Positions 13,871 to 28,234 of a DNA stretch of 64,000 nt are shown here, piece after piece (position 1 is the stretch's first letter; the number at the start of each line of letters is the position of its first letter). Source of the DNA: Mobula birostris (taxonomy: Eukaryota); the NCBI RefSeq assembly GCF_030028105.1, contig NC_092377.1, forward strand, positions 104,027,177 to 104,091,176, in the 5' to 3' direction. The notes under the pieces were generated by a model. It had not been told where the DNA came from and ran no database searches. It saw nothing but the letters and a program-made list of their open reading frames with translations. The position numbers were made by a program, and so were the translations under genes.

Positions 13871-14306
13871 TTCACTTTTCTCAACCCCAAAGAACCAACT
13901 TTTGGGGATACTGTGGTTCCTGCTCCATATTTTATTTATTTGTTTTTTTACGAATTATTTGCACGATTTGTCCTTTTTGTACATTGGTCATTTGTCGGTG
14001 TTTGTTGAGTATGGTTCTTCATAGATTCTATTGTTTACTTTGTGGGTGCCGATAAGATGAACTTTAAGATTGTATCTGGTGTACAGATTTTGATAATATA
14101 TTTACTTTCACCATTAAACTTAATTCATACCGTCTGTATAATAACTGGATCAGGATCACGTGACGGCTTCTACTCATTCACATTGAATTATTTACTTTCT
14201 GTTCTATGAAATTATTTTCCTCCTGGAGGACTTTTCAAATTTCACGATCTCGGCGGTCTGGCGCTTTTCCCCTTGACACCTGTTCATTGGTGAATGAGGC
14301 TGGTCT

Positions 14307-17091
14307 GTCTGTCTGTATCTTGTTTTACGGCAGTCGGCATCCAGCTTAATGGTGCATTACCACCACCTTCTGCTCCGGAATGTGCACTAGACATATATTC
14401 TAAATTCCTTCACCCAATCACACACGCACACACACACAAACCTACACTTTACCCTCCCATCTTTGACCATCCTAGTACCCTATTCCTGTTTATCCGTCAT
14501 ATCCTATAAAAAACCCCTGTACCCCTTAAGAATGCTAAAAATACCCAGACCTGTGCTCTCTCACCCATGCCCAGCAATCCTTTTAATGTGAATTCCTGCA
14601 CCCCCAACTCCCTTAGTTTAATTCTCATCATCTCTCTCTATATCCCATACTTCCTGCAACACAAAACTACATGTTCTACTGACTCCTCTTCCTGACATTC
14701 CTCACACAATCCTGTCTGGTGTTTCCCTATCATTTTCAATGTTTTGTTTAATGCACAATGCCCCAGCTTTAACCTAGTCCACACAATTTCCTCTCTTCTG
14801 TTTCCATTACCTACCCTAGTAACTGCAACACTCTTTTGTATTTGATATAAATGCCTCCCTTTCCCCTCCCTGTCCCATCTTTCTTGCCACATTCAGTTGA
14901 CTTTTTCCCAGATTACACACTTAACCTCTGCTTTACTGATACTAATGTGCATTTCCACATTTTCTTTAACACCCTCTTTGCCAACTCATCCACCCTCTCA
15001 TTCCCCTTCACCCCTACATGTGCTGGAACCCATAGAAATTTTACCTGACCTCCCTGATTTGCAATTCTTGTAACTAACTGAAAGACTTCATAAAGTACAT
15101 CTTGCCAACTGTTTGTGTGAAAAAACCTTAAACTTGCTAGAACTGAGGATGAATCTGAACATATCAATGCTTTGGCTTGTCTGGCTTTCTGCACCCATTG
15201 CAAGGCAACCAACACTGCCAGCATCTCCACTGTAAACACCCCTAACTTATTAGATGTTCTTCTGCTGATTCCAATTTCTTTTGCTGGAATGACCACCCCA
15301 AACCCTGTCACTCCTGTTTCAGGTTCCTTCGCACCATCTGTATAAATGTGAGTATAATCACTAAACTTTTCCATCACATGGCAGTTAAATGCATTTACCA
15401 AATCTGTTTTATATCTTTCTTTCCTTTTTACCTCTAACAAATGCCGGTCTATGTCAGGCCATACAAGCTTCCATGGAGCTACAACTGGATAAACTACTGA
15501 AGGACTTATCCTCAGATCAAACACTCCACATTCTTTCGCGATATCATTCCCTACCCGACTAAAGGTATCCCTCTGAAACCTCCCATTTTCCCAGCACTCC
15601 TGCAACACTCCTTTAGCAGGGTGAGAATCATTGTGCCCCTGCAAGTTAGCCCAGTAGTTTGCCATCAAATACATCCTTCTTAGTTCCAAAGGCATTATTC
15701 CCATTTCTACCTGTAGGGCTGACACTGGTGACGTTTTAAAAGCCTCACTGCACACTCTCAAGGCCTGAGCCTGAATCACATCCAGTTTCCTTATAAGGGA
15801 CCTAGCTGCTGATCCATATACTATATTTCCATAGTCCAACACAGATCTTACTAAAGCCACATACATTCTCTTCAAAGCTGAACAAATTGCTCCCCATTCC
15901 CTACCAGTCAAACATCTCATCACATTTATTACTTTTTTACATTTCTCCTCAACTTTCCTGGTATGGTCTGTCCATGTTAATCATGAATCAAATATAACTC
16001 CCAGAAATTTAAATGATGCATCCCTTTCTAATTCAACCCCATACATCCTTAACTTCTTTCCTACCTCAACTCTTTTCCTGGTAAAAAATACAGTTTGTGT
16101 TTTATCTACTGAAAATCTACATCCCCAATCATAACCCCACTCCACCACTTCATCAATTGCTTCTTGTAGTTTCCTGATTATATGGTCCATGTTCCTGCCT
16201 CTTTTCCACAAGGCCCCATCATCCGCAAACAGTGACCTACCTATATCCACTGGTACCTTTGTGAAGACATCATTGATCATAATCATGAAAAGTAACGGGC
16301 TAATCACACTACCTTGAGGTGTGCCATTTTCCACTATGTACTGTTTTGATAATTCTGATCCAATCCAAACTTGAATTTTTCTACCAAACAAAAAATCTTT
16401 AATCCAATTAAAAACTCTCCCACCAACCCCCATCTTGTGCAGTTTAATTAATAATCCTTCCTTCCACATCATATCATAGGCTTTTTCAATGTCAAAGAAC
16501 ACTGCCACTACTGACTCTCTATTTGCCTGGGCCTTCCTTATTTCAGTCTCTAACATAATCACTGAGTCCATGGAATTCCTTCCCTTTCTAAATCATTCTG
16601 ATAACTTGCCAGCATTCCCCTTTTCTCAAGCTCATACGATAACCTTTCTGTTATCATCCTTTCCATTATCTTACATATACTTGATGTTAATGCAATTGGT
16701 CTGTAGCTAGTGGGTTTTGACAGATCCTTGCCAGGCTTCCTTATTGGAATTACTACTGCTTCTTTCCATGCACTTGGTAATCTTCCCTCCTCCCACACTC
16801 TGTTATAAAAATGCAGCAACTTCAAGAGCACTCCTTCTCCTAGATTTTTTAGCATCACAGAGCAAATCAGATCTTTCCCTGGGGAGGTTGGTCTCGATCT
16901 CTTTATTGCTCTCACCATTTCTGCTGATGTAAATGGATCATCAATTATATCATCTGTTCCTTCCCTCCTGTTTAACACACCTGGGTGTTGGCTCATTATT
17001 CTTTCCCTTCTCCTTCTCCTTTCTTCAGACAAATTTTCTGAACCGTGTATCAGTACAAATGGCTTGGCCATGATCTCAGCCTTATCCCTAC
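14307..17091 (-). mobile_element. 5'-truncated I-clade (Nimb-like) LINE with RT, RNase H and C-terminal zinc knuckle
   Basis: FFDIEKAYD, GTPQGS and LFADD (RT); IYTDGAK..VEMLAV..CSDS..WVPAHVGVKGNERVD (RNase H); CEECQEEESVEHVVLCC. 3' end GGTGGTGGTAATGCACC..GCCGTAAAA followed by (GACA)n. TSD atgaggctggtct (14294-14306) / atgaggccggtct (17092-17104). Confidence 0.9.
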
Positions 17092-17378
17092 ATGAGGCCG
17101 GTCTCTGTCAGGATTTCTCATTTACCAATCAGAATAGGCGATTTACTGCCAATCAAGCGCCACTCTACATTGGGTCAGGAAGTACAGACGTCGGCGGGAA
17201 AAAAATGGTAATTTCCGGTAAAATGAAACTATCCGGGAATGGGAGGGAGTCCGCTCTGTACACAGATAAATGTAGATTATTTTAGGGGAGGAAAAGCGAT
17301 TTAGACCAAGAGTCGAAGTCGCTTGTCTACGACAGACACTTTGAACGGAAATCTCCCGGCCTCACCCCAGCCGGTACT

Positions 17379-17419
17379 CAGCCCTTCCACAGACAATCTG
17401 AGTGGCTCTGAAAAGAGCC
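17379..17419 (-). terminator. Histone 3' stem-loop and HDE of H2A copy 1
   Basis: GGCTCTTTTCAGAGCC at 17419-17404, preceded by CCCAAA; purine-rich GGAAGGGCTG at 17388-17379. Confidence 0.95.
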
Positions 17420-17450
17420 TTTGGGTTTTTAAATTGTCGCGTTTATCTCT

Positions 17451-18070
<620 letters not shown>

Positions 18071-18209
18071 ATCAAACTATATTTATTATCAATGTATGTA
18101 TACTATATATAGCCTTGAGATTTGTCTCCTTAGAGGCAGTCACAAAACAATGAAACATAATAGAACCCCTTAAAAAGACTGTAAATTAGAGGTAAGAGTG
18201 GAAGGGGAG

Positions 18210-19945
18210 CTATTTAACACTCTTCATAAACCTTTCAATCCTGCAGTCATTTTCGTGAACCTCCTTTGAACCCTCTCCAATTATCCGTTCGGAAGAGTGG
18301 AGTGACATTTGCAATTTCCATTCCTCTGGAACTGTGCTAGAATCCTTTGATTCTTGCAAGATCATCACTAGTGCCTCCATAATCCCTTCATCCATCTCGT
18401 TCAGAGCCCTGAGGTGTAGACCATCTGATCCAGGTGTCTTATCTACCTCCAGTCCATTCAGTTTCCTAAGCACATTCTCCCTACTAATGACATCTTCACT
18501 CATTTCTGCCTCCTGACGCTCTTGAACTTCCAGCATACTGCTTGTATCTTCCACAGTGAAGACTGCCGCAAAATCCCTATTCAGTTTGTCTGCCATTTCC
18601 AGCATTGTTTGGCAGCAGTCTCTCTTTTATAATTTACTACTTTCTTCTCTCCTTTATAATTTATTTATCTGAATAACCTTGTGCTATTCCCTTTAATATT
18701 ATTGGCTAGCTCATCCTCCTATTCCATCTTTTCCTTTTCAATGGCTTTTTATTGCCTTATGCTGATTTTTAAAAGCTTTCCAATCCTTGAATTTATTTAC
18801 TAATCTTTGCTTTATTATATGCCCGCTCTTTGGCTTTTATTTTGGCTTGACTTCTCTTGTCAGCCACAGTTACATCATCCTGCCTTTAGAACACATTGTC
18901 CTTGTGACGTATCCATCCTATACCTTTCAAGTTGCTCTAAGAAAAGCCAGCTGTTGCTGCTTTGCCGTCATCTCTGTCTTTGTCTGCTTCCAATCAATTT
19001 TGACTAACTCCTATCTCATGCCTCTGCAGTTTCCTTTACTCCACTGTAATAACGATACACTTTAGCTTCTCCTTCCCAAATTGAAGGGTGAATTCTATCA
19101 TATTTTGATTACATCCCTTAGGGTTCCTTTACCTTAAGCTCTCTGATGAATTCCAATTTATTGCAATCCAAAACAGCTGATCCCCTAATGGGTGCTACCA
19201 TGAGCTGCTCCAAAATCCCCTTTTTGAGATCCAGCACCAAACTGATTTTCCCAATCTACCTGCATATTGAAATTCCCCATGAGTATTGTAACATTCCCTT
19301 TTGACATGCATTTCTATTTTTTGCCTTGTAATCTGCACGCCACATCTTTGCTACTGTTCAGAGGTCAGTATATAATTCCCACTAGGGTCTTTTTGCCCTA
19401 GGTCAGGACTGGAATGAAAGATTAGAAGTCAAAGTAAGAAGGTGGGGGAGTGGAGGAAGAAGCACAAGGTGGTATGTGATAGATGAAACCTGGATTCAGT
19501 GACACCCACATCATACATGACAATCTGTAACTGTGCTATAAGTTTATCTACCTTAATCCGTATACTATGTGCATTCAAATATAACACCTTCAGTCCTGTA
19601 TTCATCACCCTTGTTGATTTTTTCATCCTTTTACATTGCAATTCATCCTGTTGACTGGAATTTTACCCTATCATCAGCCTCTCCTTGCTAGCATCCTCCG
19701 TTTGTGAACCAACAACCCCATCTTCAGCCTTATCACTCCAGTTCCCACCAATCTGTGAAATTAGTTTAAGTCCTCCCAAACACCTCTATCTAACCTGCCC
19801 ACAAGGATATTGGTCCTCTTCAGGTTCATGTCTAAGCCATTCCTATTGTACAGGTCATACTTGCCCAGGAGAGATCCCAATGATACAGAAAACTGAACTC
19901 CTGCCCCCTGCACCAGTTCCTCAGCCACACATTCATCTGCAAAGG
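18210..19945 (-). mobile_element. Degenerate, internally deleted CR1 LINE
   Basis: FAAVFTVED..KTPGSDGLH (ORF2), LKVLYLNAHSI (APE start) and MNVWLRNWCRGQEF (ORF1 esterase C-terminus). Confidence 0.8.
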
Positions 19946-20960
19946 TGAAAAGACAAGGAGGAGAGAATCTGAAGATACTGGAAATCCAAAACAACACACA
20001 CACACAGTGCTGGAGGAACTCAACAGGCCAGGCAGTATCTATGGAAAAGAGTACACAGTCGACTTTTTGGCCGAGACCCTTCATCAAGACTGGAAAGAAA
20101 GATGAGAAGTCAGGGCAAGAAGGTGGAGGTGGTGGAGGAAGAAATACAGGGTGATAGGTAATAGGTCAAACTGGGAGAGTTGGGGGGGGGGGGGTTGAGG
20201 TAAAGAGCTGGGAATTGGTGAAATTGAGAAATTCAGGGCCAGGAAACTTGAAGTCATTCAAAGGATCAGGAGCATGTGAAGTGTCATGGATGTAGGTAGG
20301 AAGGGACTGAACTGGGGGATAAAATGGAGTCCAGGTATGCAGATATACTGTATGTTTGGTGGAGCAGGAACAAGTTTAAACAATGGGTTTACCTGTACAG
20401 GCAGGTTCATGTATCTTGAGTAAGAGGGAGAAACAGGAGGAGTGAGGCAAGGGGACCATGAGATTGGTGGCAATGGATGTGAGAACTCCAAAGTTAATAA
20501 GGTCAGTGATGGTGGGGAGGCAGTGGCCTGGTTCCCCTTAGAGGGGTTCTGTTCCAGAGGTAAGTAAGAGGAAGTGACTGTGAGTTGTCTCCTGGCCTCA
20601 GCAAGCTAGGGGTCAGTCTGCCTGACCACTACAGTACCCCACTTACCTGCGGATTTGATGGAGAGGCTACTAATAGTTTGGAGAGCAGAGTTTTTGGAAG
20701 GAGTGAGTTTAGAATTGAAGGGAAGAGTGTTAAACTCGAGATGGGTGATGTCTCATTGACAGTTAGCAATTAAAAGATCCAGAGCAGGTAGAAGACCAGA
20801 GTGGGTTGTCCAGGAAGAAGACAGGAGAATGGGTTATTGGTGTGAGCTGGTGAGTCCTTGCCAAAGAACTAGGCATGGAGACTTGCCTACTGTGAAAATG
20901 AGATGATCAGGGCCAGGGCCCTTGAAGTAATTAAAACGATCAGGAGTGTGTGAAGTGTCA
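19945..20960 (-). mobile_element. Penelope-like element fragments with a decayed hammerhead motif
   Basis: Terminal sequence ..cagtcttgatgaagggtctcggcc..gtcgactg..gctgcctggcctgttgagttcctccagcac, shared with 60928-61020, plus RT-like remnants. Confidence 0.65.
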
Positions 20961-21649
20961 CGGATCTTTACTTCATCCCCTCCCCCTCTCCCTATGCTGC
21001 ATGAAAGAAAAAAAACAAAATCCTTCCATGGGCTTTAGTTCTTGAGAAAGTCACCTTTGTTCTACCTCCTCGTGTTCTGGGCCTTTCTACCCGTAAGAAC
21101 ATGTTTTGTACCATTCTCTCTGGGCACATAATGATATCAAACACCTTTGTCCTGTGTAACAAATGACCTGTAGCTTTCACATCACTATAGTGCCTCACTC
21201 CAATGAGAATGACTGTTTCCCTCCCCTTTATATTGATTGGCATTGCTGTCGATGAGTTTACCACTGTCGATCACCTGTTGCGGGGGGCAGGGATCAGAGT
21301 AATTAGAAAATCTCCAGGATTGGCCATGAAATATCATGGGCTCTTTGTATCACTGTGGGACATGATCAGAACTTGAAATAATACTGATGGAGAGAGACAA
21401 ATTGAGCCATGCCACAGATTGAGGACAGGCAGAAATGGTCCGTTCTTATACAGAGAGGAAGACTGTCCAAAAATTTGCTGATCAGTCCAGATTCCTGATC
21501 CATGCCCAGTAAGAAGATGAGTTGTTCCTCCGACTTGTGTTGAATCTCATCAAAACAGTGTGATGTCAGAGCTCAACATGGAGACTAAAATGATCTCATC
21601 TGAAATGCTGTCCTTCACTCACTGATGTCTTTTGTAAATCTTCTTACAG

Positions 21650-22790
21650 GTTTGAAACAGAAAAATATTTGTGTACAGGAATCACAATCAAAACAACACA
21701 TCAGGTTTCCATCCTCTTTTGAGATATTTAATGATTGACCAGATTTAAAAAAAAATATATTCACTGTTGATCCTTGGAATCGAAGCTGTATCTCATCCCA
21801 GCTGGAAACGTACTTTGTGTCCGAAATGATGTTTTCTGCTGTAACTCAGTGAAATCCACTGGAACCGGGTGCTGAGAACACACCGGCATTAGAGAGAAGC
21901 TCTTCAACTGCATTGATTGTGCGAGGGATTCACTATATCTGACATCAGACTTGATACATTGCCAGAGAATTGATAGCAGACAGATATCATTCACCTGCTC
22001 TCAGTCTTGGAAGGGATTCACTCACTCAGCCATCCCACAGACACACCAGTGAGTTCACAGTGGGAAGAGGCTGTTCACTTCCTCAGGCTGTGGAACAGGA
22101 TTCATTCACTCATTCAACATACAGACACACTCGTGATTTCACACTGGGGAGAGGCCATTCATCTGCTCAGACTCTGTGAAGGGATTCACTCAGTCATCTG
22201 ACCTAAAGGCACACCGGTCAGTTCATACTGGGGAGATGCCGTTCACCTGTTCAGGGATTTCCTCAGTCATTTCAACTGAGGGTACATCAGCGAGTTCACT
22301 TGAGAAGAAGCTGTTAACCTGCTCTGTGTGTGAGAAGGGAGTCACTCAGTCGTACAATCTACGGAGACAATGGGAAGAGGTCATTCACCTGCTCAGACTG
22401 GGAAGAAATTCACTTGGTCATCCCGTCTACAGAAACACCAGTCAGTTCACACTGGGGAGAGGCCGTTCATCTGCTCAGACTATGAGAAGGGATTCACTCA
22501 GTCATGTGAACTGATGGTACATCAGCGAGTTCACTCTGGAGAGTGGCCGTTCACCCGCTCAGACTGTGGGAAGAGATTTGCTTGGTCTTTTGAACTATTG
22601 GTACACGAGCAAGTGCACATGGGAGAAATGCTGTTCACCTGCTCTGCGTTTGAGAAGGGATTCACTCAGTCATTGCAACTGAGGGTACAGTCGCAAGTTC
22701 ACACCTGCCCTGTGTGACCAAAAAGGTTTGCTCGGGCATCCCACCTGCTGACGAATCACCAAAATCACACAGGGAGACAGTTTAAATTGT
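21650..22790 (+). pseudogene. Decayed C2H2 (Kruppel-type) zinc-finger array exon
   Basis: Repeated HTGERPF-C-x2-C-x3-F-x5-L-x2-H units spread over three frames ([43 protein letters not shown]), with lost Cys residues and frameshifts; splice acceptor ttcttacag ending at ~21649. Confidence 0.88.
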
Positions 22791-23759
22791 ATTGAACTTT
22801 TAACTATTACGTTTGGTGAATCCAGTTGCAAGTTGAAGAGTGACTGTTGGTGTCAGATTCTGCTGTTCATCACACCTGGAACTGAACCCTGATCACTTGG
22901 CACGGGAGGGAGTTTGTTCTGATGACATTAACCTTTAATTGGACCGGAGTTAAATATTGTGGATCTGTCAGAGATAAATGAGTCCCATTTTAAATTTTGA
23001 TTCTTGCCCCTTGTTGACTCTGCAGTGCACACAATGTACAGTAGGGAGGCCATTCCACCCCTCTGGTGCCTGCCAGTGTTTCTGTTCCATCTCCTCCCAT
23101 CACCCTGTAGCAATGTTCTTTTTTCCTCTGTTCCTTCAGCTTCCCCTGAAATCCATCCCTGCTGCTGCCCCTGTGGAGACGGGTTCTGAATGGTCACCAC
23201 TCTGGATGAAGAAGTGACGTCACTGATCAACTGGTCTCTGACAACTTGCACTCATTCTTCCTTTAAACTTGATTTCCTTGTGCCCAAGGGCAACAGTCCA
23301 GCCCCTGTCACCGATCTGCTCTGAAACTTCACTCAGAATTGTCAATTTTATATGAATATTGACCAATTGAAATCTGTGCAGCTTCTAACACCTTATTTGC
23401 ATATATAAATTACCAATCATTATACAATCTTACAGGTAGTAATAACCAACAAAACTACATATTATTTACTCTTTTTAAAATTTTAACCTGCTCAGAAGTG
23501 GCCAATTATATTTTAGTTTTAAGTTAATTATTGTCCAATGGAAATTGTGTGCTTCTTGTCCTTCATAACGTCTTGGTCTGTTCAGGTCCCTGGTGTCCAA
23601 ACCGTACAAAGAGAAGCTACTCTTCCAAGGACCTTGCTCTGTACAGCTGCAGACTATCTTAACCCTCACCTTGCCACAGTATGGTCCAAAAGTTACTACA
23701 TCACAGAAATAAATTAACAAATAAATAAATAAATAAATAATGTGAAATAGGAATAGGGA

Positions 23760-25066
23760 GAGAGTGTTCATGGTAGAGTTGGTAGTAAGGAAAGGAAATC
23801 CAATATACATTGACTGGTTGTATCATGGCCTTGTATGGAAACATCAGTGCCCTTGTGCGGTAAAACCTACAAATAGTATTGCATATGAACCATTCCATAT
23901 TAGGTAAAGCACTCCCCACCCTCATATAGCTCATCTATACGGAGTGTTGTTGCAGGAAAGCAGTATCTGTCATCGAGGGTATGAACTTTTCTCATTGTTG
24001 CCATCAGGAAGAAGGTACAGGAGCCTCAGAACTGCACCACCAGGTTCAGGAACAGTAATTACCCCTCATTAACATTCCTACTAATTTCCCCTTACAGCTG
24101 CGCGGACTAACCATTGCCCTGAGTAGTGTCAAGCACCATTTTGCTATGTCCCATAAGAACCAACAAATAAACCAGTGGATCAATCATAAGCTCATTTATT
24201 TTAATTGCAGCAAGGGAAGACCATCACCGCACAAATACTGGTGATAACCTCCAAAAAACAGGCAGCATTGTCACTCCTTTATACACAAGATCGGCTACCA
24301 ACACCTCATTTCAAGGAAAGGGTGCGTTCTATCCTTCTGCTTAATCAGTGTACTTGGCATTCTTCCAATAACACATCTGCTGGTCTGCAGTTTGTCAAGG
24401 ACTCTGGTTCCATCAGCATAATGTTGTATAAACACTATTAGGAAAGCACCTTGGTACAATGCAGGTTTGATTTCATTACAGACAAAAATACCATTTTGTA
24501 ACTACACGTACATCTCCACAGCAGGAAATTATTACACAGTCTGAAAACTGCACAGCACTTCATTTTTTTTTGTAATACTATGAATATTTGGAATGAAAGC
24601 TGAAAATTTACATTTTTGATTTTATTTATTAATTGAGAGGTACAGTATAATGGAAACAGTACAACAAAACCTTTCTCTTGTCTGTCTTTATTCCAGGTGT
24701 GTGGCAACAAATGCTGTGTGCACAGGAGTACTGCAGTTACTGTGTGGCCATGCACCCTCACAGCCAGGTGGGAATAGTACCTTCAACTATCAGGTTCTTG
24801 AACTAGAGGGGACAACTTCACTTGCCTCAGCACTAAACTGTTCACACAATCTATGGAGCCACTTTCAAAGACTTTTCATCTCATGTTGTCAATATTTATT
24901 GCCCATTTATTATAATTACTTTTCTCTTTTTGTATTTGCACAGTTGGTCCATCCTGTTGGGTGCAGTCTTTCATTGATTCTATTCTGTTTCTTGTATTTA
25001 CTGTGACTGTCCACAAGAAAACTCAGGGTTGTATATGGTAACATACAATCACTTTGATAATAAATT
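23760..25066 (+). mobile_element. Rex1-type LINE 3' fragment split by a ~700-bp insertion (~24070-24775)
   Basis: LPSGRRYRSL-like sequence at ~24000-24060 resumes at ~24780 and ends with AATAAA at ~25059. Confidence 0.6.
24127..24450 (-). mobile_element. Possible solo-LTR remnant
   Basis: Minus strand has TATAAA (~24283), then AATAAA (~24200), then a ..TTGACA terminus at ~24128, the U3-R-U5 order of an LTR. No TSD confirmed. Confidence 0.35.
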
Positions 25067-26889
25067 TACCACTTAGGAGGGACATAGCATCCCAACTCTT
25101 GTACTCAATGACAATCACTTTCTTTGCCACTTTCTCCACCCACATCAGCACTTTAAGGAAATCTATCTGCAGGTCCAAAAATTTTGTAACACTTTCCATG
25201 ACCCTATCAGTATCTGTCCTGGTTGAACTGATCAAAAGGCAATAGTTCACATTTGTCTGATTAAAATTCCAGCTGGCATGTCTTTGCTTCTATTCTCAGG
25301 CACTCCATTAATACATACGACAAACAGCAGAAGAGCCAATATGCACACCACTGATCACAGCTACCAATATAAAACAGATAGATGTGCGGATATGAAAGGG
25401 AAAATGGAGGAGAGCAACGCTGTGAGAGTTTGTCAGGATGGGAGGACGTTACAGCGAGAGTGAGAACCAAGGATGAGAATGGGAAACCTGAGTCACGGAG
25501 GCAGTGAACTGTTCCCGGGTCAGCAGGCAGCGAGAGAAGAGGCTGATGCCTACAGTGGAGCAGTCAAGCCTCTCACCTCTTCATACTAACCCTCTGTCCA
25601 GCAGTTCTATCTACTTATGCTATGGGGAAAGCACTCTGCAACCTACCCCTCATAATTTTCTGTATCTAAATCATCTCTCTTAAGTGGAGGGCTACAGGGA
25701 TTGGTGATAGCTCCATTGTAGGTTATCATGATATCAACAAACTGGATGATAATGTGGTGAACTGGATCAGTAAACTTGCAGATGACATCAAGATCAGGGA
25801 TGTAGTGGACAGTGAGGACGGTAGAAGCTTGCAGCATGATCTGGGAATACAGACCCATAGTTCCTTGAAAGTGGTGTCACAGGTAGATAAAACCATAATG
25901 AGAGCTCTGACCTTCGTAAGTCAAAATACTGAATGCAGTACAGGAGTTGGGATGATACGTTGAAGTTGTATAACACATTGATGAGGCCAAATTTGGAGTA
26001 TTGTGTGCAGTTCTGGTCACCTACCTACAGTTAATCACCTGTCCCAGAGAAAGCATGAAACTGTAACATTTCCAAAACTTCAAACAATCAGGCGAAGTGG
26101 ACAGGGTTTTGTGAAAGTGATTCCACGTTTCACAATTACATTCGAATCTTTGAAGTGAGAACACAAGCTGCGGATAAAGGAAACGGTGGTTGTCCTGAAC
26201 TACAATGTCCATTTGATAAGCTGCTCCTTCACAGGGAGTCAGGAAAATGGAAGCTCACCGTGAATACTGAACCTACTGGTGACATAAAGAGAACTGGGAA
26301 CGCAAGTTGTGAAGATGGGGTAAGGAGGCAATAGAGAGATTTTGGGAGGAAGTGAGATTGTACATTTTTTTGCGGGAAAATATGCAATAAAGCACATTCT
26401 CTAAATGTTGAAAGATGGCAGAGTATTATCTGATGAAGAGGTTCCTGCCTGAAATGTTAACTCTGTTTCTCTGACCAGGGTTGCTGCCTGAGCTGTGTTT
26501 TACTTGAATCTCAGAATTCTGGTCTGCGTGTTTATTTTTTTCCCCCGGAATATCATCGGTTAATTCTCGGAGCATTGAGCACACATTTCAAGAGGTTTGC
26601 GTCAGTTATCCGGGGCGTGAGGTGGTAATGTCACTGACCAACCTTCGATATCGGATCTGTGCATCTGTAGGTTTATCCGGAGCGCTGCGTTTCTGTTCCG
26701 TTTTGGCTAAACCGTTGGAAATTGGCGGTTATGGATGATGAAAATGAGAGGCCGCCCCCTACTCTGTCTGTCAATGACTGTCTCCACCCCCCCCCCCCCG
26801 TCTCTGTCTCCTCGCTTTCCCATCTCTTTCACCGCCTTAACTCTTTAATGTGCAATTAAATTTCAAAGAAACCGGTAAATGAGCCCGGT

Positions 26890-27080
26890 AATTATTAGAA
26901 CCGTTCTGAACACAATTTGGGCGCTATCGGGTCACGAAGAGCGCGGTTGTTACATTAACGGTCCGGAGATTCGACTCCCATTCTCTTATAGTGAGCGCAA
27001 TAACCCAATCAGAGAGCAAGAAAAGCGCCGGAAGTACCCCAGTTCCCCGGTGGCCTGAAATTTGAAAAGCCCGCCGAAAA
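26890..27080 (-). promoter_or_regulatory. Orphan H2A-promoter-like module (copies at 30157-30320 and, inverted, ~36525-36710)
   Basis: CTATAAGAG on the minus strand, CCAAT 27005-27009, CCGGAAGT 27028-27035 and TTTGAA 27061; shares co-linear blocks with the H2A promoter. Confidence 0.55.
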
Positions 27081-27690
27081 TGAACCCTTGTCTCCAAAAA
27101 TATTCATTGACTCATTAATTCGATTAAGATTTATTTCACAGTAAAAGCCCAACGTTAATTTAACTCACTATATTCAATGTTTCTGGACATTTAGTTTCCA
27201 AAAGTCAATCCAGTTTATATTCGCGGTCGCCGGTGTATAAACGTCATCAGGTTTTGCACTGGTCATTTTAAACCGCGGTCTAAGGCGAGTTTGCAACGTG
27301 TAAAAAAAATGAAAGAACGGGGATTCCAGTGACTGCAGACGGTTGTGTCCACGGGAACCGATCATGCACTCGACTGGAAATGATTGGAAAACTGCATTTA
27401 TTAAAGTTCATTCCCCATAAAAATCACACATGCCTGGAAACCTTAGCCACAATAACCGACTGTACACGGCAAGAGGCACCCTGACGGCGAGGGAGAAGTT
27501 TATCTCTGGTGTTCGCGCTGCCATTAACCCAACGGCACAGAACTGCTGATTCTCAATGTTGGTGGGTCCAGCCGTGTTGGAGTCTGTAATAAACCGGGAT
27601 GAATTATTGAACAATATTACACAAAACCCACAGGGGAAGGTCAGAGGGAATCGGCGTGTCGTAAACACAAAAGGTGAGTGAATAGGAAAT

Positions 27691-27733
27691 GACAGCCCTT
27701 TCCACTGCTGAGTTAGTGGCTCTTAAAAGAGCC
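27691..27733 (-). terminator. Histone 3' stem-loop and HDE of H3 copy 1
   Basis: GGCTCTTTTAAGAGCC at 27733-27718, followed by GGAAAGGGCTG. Confidence 0.95.
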
Positions 27734-27762
27734 TTTTGTTGTGCTTGGTGCCGAGGCCGGAT

Positions 27763-28179
<417 letters not shown>

Positions 28180-28234
28180 TTAACAGTCCGAGTAATCTGA
28201 ATTACCGAGATTATAATGTCGAAACTGCATTCGC

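Noticed and set aside
26905-26985. tRNA B-box-like GATTCGACTCCC
   Set aside because: No cloverleaf or A box, and it is not conserved in the paralogs at 30235 and 36615.
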